Source: Rhynchobatus australiae
Taxonomy: Eukaryota
NCBI GenBank assembly: GCA_034780895.1
Contig: JAUZTB010000118.1
Span: 11,961,317-12,025,316, forward strand
DNA: 64,000 nt
Direction: 5' to 3'
Below, piece by piece: positions 39,171 to 49,368 of the stretch. A model generated the notes under the pieces. That model saw only the letters and a program-made list of their open reading frames with translations. It was not told where the DNA came from and did not search any database. The first letter of the stretch is position 1. Each line of letters begins with the position of its first letter. Both the position numbers and the translations under genes were made by a program.

Positions 39171-40294
39171 CAGTTCACCGACCAGCTCCTTCCCTTGTGC
39201 CAAGATGAAGTTAGGGCCTGATTTTTTTTTAGGTCTTGCCTGATGGGCTGTACCTATTTCAGTGCCAAAAATGGCTTGAAGAAATTCTGACCCTTCCATT
39301 CTAAACACCTTCCTTTTTACTGCCTCTGTTTAGTGGTGTGATGGGGATTATGTTGGAATGGATAACTGTTAAAATAAGTGAAGGATCCAGATATGGTTCT
39401 TCAAAGGCTAAGGAAAAACATATTGCTCAGAAGTAGGAGACTGTCTGCTTTCATTATGTGTAAGGTAATGAATGTGGCCCTTCAGTGTGTTTTATATGTG
39501 ACCATTTATGCTCCTCCTCTGCTTTGGATCTCTTCACAATGTCCTCCCACATTGATTTTGGTGTTAGATCTATGCCAAATTTATAGGACATTTTGGAATA
39601 TGTACAACATAAATCTGCTTTACTTCTTAATGTTTGAGTAACAATGAATTCCACTTCACAGGTCCGTTGTGGGACTGAATCAGCTGAAGTCAGCTGTTCT
39701 GTGTACCAGGTTTTATAGTGTTTAGATTAACCGGTTTACTTATTTGTCTGTGCAGTTTGGAGCCGACTGATCACTGCATTTGATATCAGTCTGGACACTT
39801 AAGTATATGAATGACATTATGTTGCCCATTAATTTTAAATGGATTAATACAGTCAAATAAATATTAAATTAACATGTCACATGCTGCAATGCACGCAAAA
39901 TTTGTCGGTTCTTTTTTCTTCTCACCAATGGGAATGGGCTAAATACTTGCAGTCACTTTTTTCAAATACACTGACAGATAATAGAATAACATTTAAATCC
40001 ACTGTTCAATGACACTCACACATAAGTCCAATGTTGCCTACTGCAACCAAACAAGAGGNNNNNNNNNNGTACACCTTCTGTAAAAATTTTCATTGTGTAA
40101 CCCTATGAATGACAATTATTTTTGACATTTCATAGTACTGTGCACTGAACTTCACTCATGAAATTATTAGCAAACTATGGTTGAAAAATAGGTCACTCGG
40201 CAGATTTTGAAGGGATTTTTGTGTGCAGACATTTTAAAGCAGCAGACAGGATTTTCTTTTTTTAAAATCCGGTATTAATTTGTCTGCAGGATTT

Positions 40295-40345
40295 GTACAA
40301 AACAGATGTATGTTGGTTTGGTTTTAAAGGTTTATTTACTTTATT
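40295..40345 (-). terminator. Polyadenylation signal (two AATAAA) with downstream GU/U-rich element
   Basis: The minus strand reads aataaagtaaataaacctttaaaaccaaaccaacatacatctgttttgta; AATAAA at 40340-40345 and 40331-40336. Confidence 0.5.
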
Positions 40346-40383
40346 TACTACAGGAATATTTACTTTCAATTTATATATATATA

Positions 40384-40427
<44 letters not shown>

Positions 40428-41274
40428 GTATATATATATATAAATTTGAATCTTAGTAAGAATATTCCGGAAAATCTGACAAACTCCTTTAAAAGAAAAC
40501 CCCACTGTGAGAAAAAAAAATGCAATAGTCGCACGCAAATGTAATTATAACTGAAATGTTAAACATAATTTGCCATTGATTCTTACTTGACTTCTGTAAA
40601 TAAAAGATTTCCTTTGCCAAGCACGCCATTCATTAGTGGTTTTTGGATTGCAAACCTCCCTTACTTTAACAGATATTTTCCTGGGAACATTCTGTAAATG
40701 CGAATGATTTTTTTTTGTCTTTGCCACACCAGTACCTCCCCCAGTAGACTCTGCAGCTGTGCTAAATGTAGCAGCCCAGATTTCATGAAAGTACAATGCT
40801 GCCTCAATGTGCATTACATAAGCAGCATAAAATATATCTTTACAAAGAAAGATGGCAACTGTCTGTCAATCTCATGCAACTCAAGGATTAATAGCATTTT
40901 CGGGTTTCTGTACAGAATAAACATGGTTTCTCTACGCGCAATTAATATCAAATTGTCCTGTTGCACAGATTGATCTTCAATCCACAGTCACAGAATAAAT
41001 AGGCCGCAGTCCAAGTACTTTTATGATTTGGGTAGTGTGCCAAAATTTTCTTCTTAAAAGTATTACATTTTCCAGCAAACTATATCCAATGCTTATACTT
41101 AAAAAAATGAGAACAAGAATTCTGAGTTTTTGATGGTTTATTTGAACCAAGGAACTTACAAATTTTTTTAGCATGGTTGGTTCTGTACTTAAACCAGCGC
41201 TGCACAATGTCCTCATTGAAAGTTGTTCCTCACTAGCAGTTTGAGCTAGAAATTACTTGAAGTCTGAGCTTCTC
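40310..41274 (-). other. Putative 3'UTR of the minus-strand gene
   Basis: Free of interspersed repeats, U-rich on the minus strand, directly downstream of the stop codon at 41275-41277. Confidence 0.55.
40372..40442. repeat. Compound (TA)n(GT)n(ATGT)n(AT)n microsatellite
   Basis: Direct reading; lies within the putative 3'UTR. Confidence 0.97.
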
Positions 41275-41402
41275 TCAATAATATGTTCCAGATGTGTGTA
41301 GAGTGGGCCAAGTCCGTGACTGAAGCGCAACCAATGTCCGTTGGTCGCGCTCTGTGCACTTGTGGCGAGCCAGCTTACACAGAGGCTCAGCATTAAGGTA
41401 AT
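41275..41402 (-). CDS. Terminal coding exon of an unidentified minus-strand gene
   Basis: Acceptor ttttctttatttgttttaag|AT; the phase-1 frame gives xYLNAEPLCKLARHKCTERDQRTLVALQSRTWPTLHTSGTYY*. There is a sharp GC/CpG rise against AT-rich flanks, and most CpGs fall in Arg codons (cgc, cgc, cgg, cgg). A 3'UTR-like region and poly(A) signal follow. Confidence 0.6.
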
Positions 41403-41994
41403 CTTAAAACAAATAAAGAAAATCTTTCTTTATTTTAAATCTCCTTTCATAATTATTGTAATTTGCTTTTAGATCCAATTACAAGAATTAAAGGCCTTCC
41501 ATCACTTGGATACACAGTGATTCCAAATGTCGCTGCACTTCCAGCTCATTGAAGAATTTCCTTAAATGACATGCTTCAAAGGAATCCATTTATGCCTCCA
41601 CATGGTAATGAGGCCCTGGCAAAAAATGCTTGGCATGTTTTCACACCATAAGCAATAGTTGATAGAAATGGGAGAATATCAAAACAGGACTCCACAATGT
41701 TGAATGTTCATGTGCGTAAGTCAAGAAAATCAAAATATACCAAAGATGTATGTGAAAAAATTAATATCAAGGTAATGATTTGGTGCAGAAAGATGTTGGA
41801 TGGTTTTATGATGTGGAAATATACAAAACTGACAGGCAGGAAAAGCCCGTCTGGTCCGTTGAGACTATCTCACCCAGTTGCGATGCCTGAAATATCACAA
41901 TTGGACATTTTTACCCACCACCATCTGGGACAGGGATACAGAATCAGACAAGACCCAGTAAGGGAATGTAAAATTTGACTCATTTAGGGAATCA

Positions 41995-42590
41995 GAACTA
42001 AGGTGTAATATAAGAAAGTAGGTCAAAGACTCTTTGAGCCTCTTCCATCATTCAATAAGATCACAGGTGCTCCGATCATTGTCCTCCCTCACCTGCCTAT
42101 TCCCTTTACCTGAAGAAATCCATCCANNNNNNNNNNNNNAAACTTGATATCTAAGCTTCCACAATTTTCTGGGGTAGGGGATTATAACGATTGAAATCCT
42201 CCCAACAGAAGAAATTCCTTCTCACCTCAGTTCTCAATGGGTGCCCCCTAATTCTGAAATAATGCCGATAAGTCTATAGTCCTCCATCAGGGGAAACATC
42301 CTCACACTGTCTCCTCTCCAGGACCCTCAGAATCTTATACATTTCAATAAAATCACCTCTCATTCTTCTAAATTCCAAAGAATGCAGGCACAATCTACTC
42401 AACCTTTCATTCTGTGACAATCCCTTCATCCCAGGGGAAAAAAAAGTTGACATTTTCTGCATTGTCTCAAGTCAAGTATGTCACCTTAATTAAGGTGACC
42501 AAAACTGTATGCAGTACTCCAGATATGGTCTCACCAAAGTCCTATACAGATTTCCCTACTCCTTTCCTCTTGCAAAGAAGGCCAACGATC
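41995..42590 (-). mobile_element. CR1 3' region
   Basis: ORF 42274-42462 PGMKGLSQNERLSRLCLHSLEFRRMRGDFIEMYKIL. Confidence 0.85.
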
Positions 42591-42869
42591 CATGACAACC
42601 ACAGTTCTGTATACCAGTCAAATCCTTCACTATTGATCTCTGCAATGGCCCTAGTCACCTTTAAAAGTGTGTTAGTTCTCAATGTATACATTTACAGTTT
42701 GTTCCACAGATGTACCAGAATCTGAGATAGAAGAACCACCTAACACTTAATCTAGTCTTACCCCTCCATGACCTGAGTGCATGCCCAAGTAGTCTTCTCC
42801 AGTCCAGAAACAATCTCTTCATTAATGTACAGTTTAATTCCTTAATCCTTGAACTATTTTCCATATTTC

Positions 42870-44915
42870 CTTATGACAGTGTGAAAGGATTAAATGGGAT
42901 GGAATTTTTAAACACATCCAGGAAAGCTTTTTGTGCCAGTATATAGGGATGGGACCTTTCTTAACACAATGTAAATGAATACTTTTCAAGGACTTTGTAT
43001 TTGGATGTTTCATTTGGGAAGATGAAATTCCAGAGCACATCAAGATTAAAAAGGAGGGGATATTGGAAGTCCTAGTGGACATATAGATAGATGAATCCTC
43101 AGGGCCTGATGTGGTGTATCCCAGGCTGCTGCAGGAGGCAAGGGAGAAGATTGCTGGGATTCTGATGGAGGTATTTAAATCTTTGCTGGCCACAGGTGAG
43201 GTGCCAGATGACTGGAAGACATGTGGTTCTTTTATTCAAAAAGGGCAGTGGGGATAAGCCAGGTAATTACAGGCCATCAAGTCTAATGTCAGTGGTAGGG
43301 AAATTATTGGGAAAAGTCCTGAAGGACAGGACTAAGCTACACTTGGAAAGGCAGGGATTGATTAGGGATAGTCAGTTTGGATTTGTAAGTGGGAGGTCCT
43401 GTACGATTAATTTACTTGAGCTTTTCAAAGGGGTAACTAAACTTATTGATAAAGATGTGGTTTGCATGGACATCTCTAAAGCCTTTCCCAAGGTTCCACA
43501 TGGAAGGTTAGTCCAAAGGGTTAGAGTCCATAGGATCCAAGTCAAATTGGTAAATTGGATCCAAGGTTAATTTGGTAATAGGATACAGAGTGTGATGGAG
43601 TTGATTTTGTGATTGAAAACCTGTAACCAGTGGTGTATTGCAGGGATTGGTGCTGGGATCCTTGTTGTTTGTTATATATATTAACAACTTAGTTGTCTGG
43701 TATGATTAGTACATTTGTAGATGATGCAAAAATTGGTGGTGTTGTTGATAATGAGGAAGGTAGTCTTAGGCTACAAAATGATATTAATCAGCTGATAAAT
43801 TGGGCAGGGCAATGGCAAATGGAATTTAATCCTGATAGTTTGACGTGGTGCATTTTTTGGGGTCTTATAAGGGAGGACATGTGCCATAAATGGGAGGGCA
43901 AAAGGGAGTATTGTGGAACAAAGGGACCTTGGTGTACAAGTGCAAAGATCCCTGAAGGTGGCAGCACAGGTAGACTGTATGGTAAGGAAGGCATATGGGA
44001 TGCATGATTTCATTAGCTGGGACCTGGAGTATAAGAGCAGGAAGGTCTTGGTACAACTCAAAGCACCGGAGACCTGGGTTCAATCCCGAACTCTGGTGCT
44101 GTCTGCATGGAGTTTGCACACATTCTCCCTGTGACTCTGTGGGTTTCTTCCAGGTGCTCTGGTTTCCTCCCAAAGATGTGCGGTTAGTAGGTTAATTAAC
44201 CATGGTAAATTGCCCCCAGTGTGTAGGTGAGTGGTAGAATCTGGGAGGAGTTGAAGAGAATGTGGGGAGAATTAAGAAAAGAGATTTATATAGAATTAGT
44301 TGAAAATGGGAGGTTGATGATCGGTGTGGACTTGATGGGCCAAAGGCCTGTATCTCTGTCTGACTCTATAAGTTTATAAAAAATTGGTTAGGCCACAGGT
44401 GGAATATTGTGTGCAGTTCTAGTCACCACAATATAGGAAGGATGTGGTTGCACTGGAGAGAAGATTCATCAGAAATCCTGGGATAAAGTGTTATGAGGAG
44501 ATATTAGATAAACTGGGTTGGTTTTCCTTGGAGCAGAGAGAGGCTGAGGGGGGATCTGATAAAGGTATACAAAAATGTGAGAGGCATAGATAGGTTAGAT
44601 AGTAGAAAATATTTCCCCATGGCAAAGCCATCTCAGATCAGAGGGCATTGGCTTAAGGTGAAGAGCTTTAGAGAGGATCTGAGGAAGAATTCTTTCACTC
44701 AGAGGGTGGTTGGAACCTGGAATGCACTGACTGTGAAGTTTTGGAGGCAGGTGCGCTTACACATTTAATAAGCATCTGGAAGGGCACTTGAATTATCAAG
44801 GCATAATATGCCAAGGAACAAGTGCAGGCAAATGGGATTAGTATAGATATGTGGTTGATGGTCAGCGTGGAGATGGTGGGCTGAAGAGTCTGTTCCTTCT
44901 ATGACTATATGACTC
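42870..44915 (+). mobile_element. CR1 LINE, RT domain to 3' tail (pseudogenised)
   Basis: KKGSGDKPGNYRPSSLMSVVGKLL...SQFGFVSGRSC...MDISKAFPKVPHGRL (43196-43570); ISTFVDDAKIGGVV...QWQMEFN (43693-); FTQRVVGTWNAL; tail gggctgaagagtctgttccttctatgactatatgactc. Confidence 0.95.
44060..44370 (+). mobile_element. HE1-like V-SINE nested in CR1
   Basis: gacctgggttcaatcccgaactctggtgctgtctgcatggagtttgcac...; it interrupts CR1 between SRKVLVQL and YKKLVRPQVEY. Confidence 0.9.
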
Positions 44916-44969
44916 GATGGTATTGAAGGGGGCTCTGTCAGGTCACTGAGCCAATGCTGACACTGAGCA

Positions 44970-45240
44970 ATTCTATTCCCCACTAACTTTCCTTTTAATG
45001 TTCACGTCCTCATTAATTTCCCTAAGTTTCTACCCATCACCTGCACACTGGAGCAAGTTACAATGGCCAAATAACCTATCAACCCACACAGCTCTGGGAC
45101 GTGGGAAGAAATTGGAGCACCTTAGGGGAAACCCCCATGATTACAGGGAGAACATGCAAACTCCACACAGACAGCAGTGGGGGTCAGGGTTGACCCACTG
45201 CACTTGAGTTACAGTAGCTAAGCCACGGTACACTGCATTG
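44970..45240 (-). mobile_element. HE1-like V-SINE
   Basis: gtgggaagaaattggagcac...acagggagaacatgcaaactccacacagacagc. Confidence 0.8.
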
Positions 45241-46209
45241 TATTTTCTTCACTCTGTTTCGCTTCTTTCAAAAGCACAGTTGTTTTGTAGGAATAGAACT
45301 GGCATTTTAAGTCCATGTGAGGAACTAAGGTGCTTTAAGCTGGGAATTATTCTGGTAGACTTCCTCTGCTTTTCCAAAATATTTAGATTATACGTAGTCC
45401 ACGGGAAAAGCTGTCAAGGAGCTTAACAATAGGAGGAAGTAAAACTCGTGTAGTATTTCAGATATGGTCTAACCAAGGTCTTAGGCAAGGACAGAGTGGT
45501 ACATGTCAGATCAGAATGACCATATCACAACAATCCAATGCCTTATTTGCTCTGGTTATGGCTTCTTGGCATTGCCCAACAACCATTGGAGAAATATGAA
45601 CTATGGCCCACAGTCCTTCACTCTCTCAATCTATTTCAGTTTGATTCCAAGCAAAAACTACTTGGTGCTAATCCTGTACAAATCCAATGCATGACATTTT
45701 TCCAGACTGAGTCCCATTTGTCACGGGTTAACCCACTTCCCCCACCACTTTGGAATCTTCTCGCAGAAATGTGTTCTACTCCACGGTCCTCCCCTCGCAA
45801 TGCTAGGTGTAGTTGCCAGAAATCTTTAACCGTGCATTGGAGTTGATGTGGATGATATTTTCTGACTGCTGGGGTGGGTGTGATTGAATGAGCATTGGTA
45901 AAGGGATCTGCACGCAGATCCTTCAATCTGTACTTTTCCATTCTTGATTACTATCATAAAAGGTCTTTGAACTTTTGTTACCAGTATTTAGAAATTCCAT
46001 TTAGACTCTTGATTTTAATTTATAGGTTTCCAGTAAAACTAAATTAAACAATGTTATAATCTGCCAAACTGTAACAGTATACTTTGGAGGAACAAATCTT
46101 CAGTTGAATGATAGAGTTAGTATTAAGACTAAACAATGGAAAGCTGGTAAAGGGCAGTTATTTATTGAAACAACAGCAGCATACTAAAATCTAATGTGCT
46201 CTGATTGGT

Positions 46210-46535
46210 TAGAACTTAGAAAAGCACAGGGACAGGCCCTTTGGCCCACATGATGTCTGTGCTGAACATGATGCCAAGTTAAACTCATCCCTCCTGCCTG
46301 CACATGATCCATATGCCTCTATTCCCTGCATATTTATGTGCCTGTCTCAATGCTTCTTAAACACCACTATTGTATCTGCTTCCACCACCACCCCTGGCAG
46401 CATGTTCCAGGCACCTAGCACTCCCGGTGTAAAAAAAAACTTACCCCGTACATCTCCTTTAAGTTTTCCCCCTCTCACCTTAAAGGTATGCCCTCTAGTA
46501 TTTGACATTTCTACCCTGGGAGAAAGGTTCTGGGC
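46210..46535 (-). mobile_element. CR1 3' end
   Basis: Collinear with 29690-30000 (atctgcttccaccaccaccc...atgccctctagtatttgacatttctacc). Confidence 0.85.
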
Positions 46536-46549
46536 CTTTAAAACATATT

Positions 46550-48097
46550 TGCCTAGAAAATAGATTTCACNNNNTTTAGTGAGCTAAAATGTTGTTGCAT
46601 TTAATATTGCACCAATTCAGTCCCTTGCAAAACTTCACAAAGTTAGTCAAAAAACTGTTTATAACAGCATTATTATGCTTTATACCCTGAAAGAATCAGT
46701 AAAGTAGGACCCTGCATGGTTTCTGGGACCTGACTCAATCAAGAGCAGCTATGGACACTCTGCAGCTCAGTAATTATAGAAATGCATCAGCCCTTAAAGG
46801 CACATTCTTAGCAGTGGCCAGACAGCAGCAATGTACATTACAGCCACCATGGAGGAGAGCAGGGCTGTGAAAAGGGAAGGGGAGAATTAGTGGGGGGTGG
46901 GGGTGGTTGTGGTCTGGTGCGGGGATGCGGGGATGCAGGGAAACAAAGCTTGAGAGAACATAACATAGTCCCAATGAGTTACATACTAAGAAGGAGACAT
47001 TGTGCAATGTGGGTAGGTCCCAGGAGAGTCATTGTCACTTTTCTGTACAAACTTCTTATCTATTGATTCATTCAGTATCCAAAAGGCTGTTCATCTCTGC
47101 CATGAACATACTCAGTAACTAGGCTTCCTCCTCCTCTCAGGTTGAGAATTCCAAAGATTCATGAGTCTCTGGTTGGAGAAATATTCTTCTCAGCTCAGTC
47201 TTAAATGGCCAACACCTTTTGTTGAGATTGTGACCCCAGTCAGTGAAAACATCATCCCTGTTCCTACCCTGTCACATCCCAAAAGAATTTTGCATGTTTC
47301 AATGAGATCACTTCTCATTCTTCTAAATTCTGTAAAACATGGGCTCAGTCAGCATATTGCCAGGTAGGATGTAGTTGCTCTGAGGATGCTATGGGACAAG
47401 GTTCTTTGCAGATGTGTATGTCTGCCTCTTTCCCCAAGAACCCTGAGAGACCAGCCACAGGTATAATGATGTCTCCTGTAATGGAGTGCTGCTAGCAGTC
47501 TCACTACTGATGCATCCATTGACTAAGTATCTCACTAGCTGAATGCTGGAAAATACACTCACTCTTATCTGTTGCACTCTCTGTGGACCTTGAAGGTTTT
47601 TGAACAGATTACAGACACTTCTGAAGGTGCCCAGTCTGGTCTTCTGATTACAGAAGCATTCCCTTCTAGTGAAAATGCTAACCGGTTCCCAGTTTTAAAA
47701 AGGCTGATTGTTGTTGTGTAGAGCTTTGAGCCACACTGAAACTTCTGGAGCAGTTTACGTTGGTATAGGGGANNNNNNNNNNNNNNNNNNNNNNNNNNNN
47801 NNNNNNNNNNNNNNNNNNNNNNNNNNNNNNNNNNNNNNNNNNNNNNNNNNNNNNNNNNNNNNNNNNNNNNNNTAGGGGAAATTGGTGTTATGTAACTGGT
47901 GACATTATTAGTTGTGCATCTGATGTCAGGAAAACGTCTGGTGTGCTAGCTTGAGTCACACCTGGAAGTACCCAATCCAGTTTTGCAGTTGGTGCGATTT
48001 CACCCAGAATTAATTGCTGGTGCGAATTTTACTCTGCTTAAAATTGAAATTAAATCACATCACAGGTACAGGTACAATGCTGTCCAATTTCTAGGCC
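46550..48097 (-). mobile_element. Probable Harbinger/PIF DNA transposon relic with TIRs, interrupted by CR1 (47060-47345)
   Basis: Ends gcctagaaaatag (46551) and ccaatttctaggcc (48084-48097) are imperfect inverted repeats; minus-strand remnants FQHSASEILSQ and VAGLSGFLGKEADIHI resemble the HARBI1-type SFQ...GISQ and AG.PGV.G..D..H motifs. Confidence 0.45.
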
Positions 48098-48174
48098 ACT
48101 GCTTCCACCTCTCCCCAGACTCCAGTAACCATCTCCATTTGAGTGTATGACGGATACATGCAGTAATTCAAAAA

Positions 48175-48710
48175 ACTGCACATTGGTGGAAATCTGAAAT
48201 TAAAATGGAACATGATAGAACTGTTCAGCGGGTTGGACAATAAGTCACACGTCAAACAATACAGAACCAGGCCCTTTGGCTCACCAATTCTGCACTGATC
48301 ATCGAGCACCCACTTACACCAATCTTACACTAGTCTTATTTTATTCTCCCCACATTCATGTCAACTCCCCACAGCTTTTATCACTCATCTACACACCCAT
48401 GGCAATTGATGGTAGTCATTTAACCAACCAACCTGCACATCTTTGAGATATGGGAGTAAATTGGCATAATTAGAGAGAAGCCACTGGGACATGGGGAGAA
48501 CATGCAAACTTCACACACAGGCCAACCAAGGTCAGATTTGAATCCGGGTCGCTGGCACTGTGAGACACCAGCTGCACCACCGTTGAAAGAGAAATAGATT
48601 TAAAGTTTCAGATCATCAAAACTGGGAAAACGAGAGAAAAAAGAGTTTGTGTTGACTTGCAGAGAGGGATGGAGAGAATAAAGGAATTATCGCTGACAGG
48701 GTGAGGTCAG
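48175..48710 (-). mobile_element. Penelope-like terminus split by a V-SINE (48245-48580, -)
   Basis: ggaaatctgaaattaaaatggaacatgatagaactgttcagcgggttggaca | SINE | gaaagagaaatagatttaaagtttcagatc...gcagagagggatggagagaataaagg parallels 26337-26530. Confidence 0.7.
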
Positions 48711-48962
48711 GTTTGCCCAGGTCATCCCAACGTTCACTGTGCAGTTTGATTAGTAGATTAATAAGAGCAGTTAGATATGTTAAAGCTTTGGCATGTATGC
48801 CGGAGGTGTTGCTGGAACCTGAAACCATCCATTAACTGGACAGCTCAATAAGTATTGGGAACCCCTCTGGCCTTGCTATGGAACTGATATCCTCTTTGTC
48901 CCATACATCTCTCTGCCACTTTCTCTGCAACTTAACACCAACAATGATAAACCTGGAATTAG

Positions 48963-49368
48963 GGTAAATTTCTGAAAATCTGGCATCTGATTGTTCCTGA
49001 TGACCTGGTATTTGGCTCACTCATTAGTCTGGAATGTGATCCGGGAGATCCAGAGTGCAGGCGGGGTGTGGGGCCAGAGCTGGAGGTTCAGAGTGCAGCT
49101 GGGTCCAGGGTCCGGGTCTGAGACGCTAAGGGTCAAGAAGATGGGTCAGTTTGTGGGCAGAGCTGGGGCCTGGATTGCTTATATATTTTCTGCACCCTTT
49201 AAACTCACTGGGTTCACTGGAACATTTAGTATACCACCGTGTAATGTATAAAAGAAGTGAAATAAAAGTGTGTTTGGGGAGTAATAGGATTAACATCCAA
49301 TTGTCTGGAAAATCTGGTAGTCTGGCACCACTAAAGTCACAAGGGTGTCGAATTTTTGGAGTTATATT
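48963..49368. mobile_element. Possible non-autonomous Tc1/mariner (pogo/Tigger-like) element
   Basis: Left gtaaatttctgaaaatctggcatc and right gggtgtcgaatttttggagttatatt are degenerate inverted ends; subterminal tctggaaaatctggtagtctggcacc; GC-rich low-complexity interior. Confidence 0.35.

Noticed and set aside
41292-41397. Plus-strand exon-like segment (ttccag|ATG...aag|gtaatc)
   Set aside because: All three plus frames hit stops before the donor; the minus-strand reading explains the composition better.
46890-46940. G-rich tracts with G-quadruplex potential (also 28295-28335, 27025-27095, 10190-10500)
   Set aside because: Low-complexity parts of TE relics; no evidence of function.
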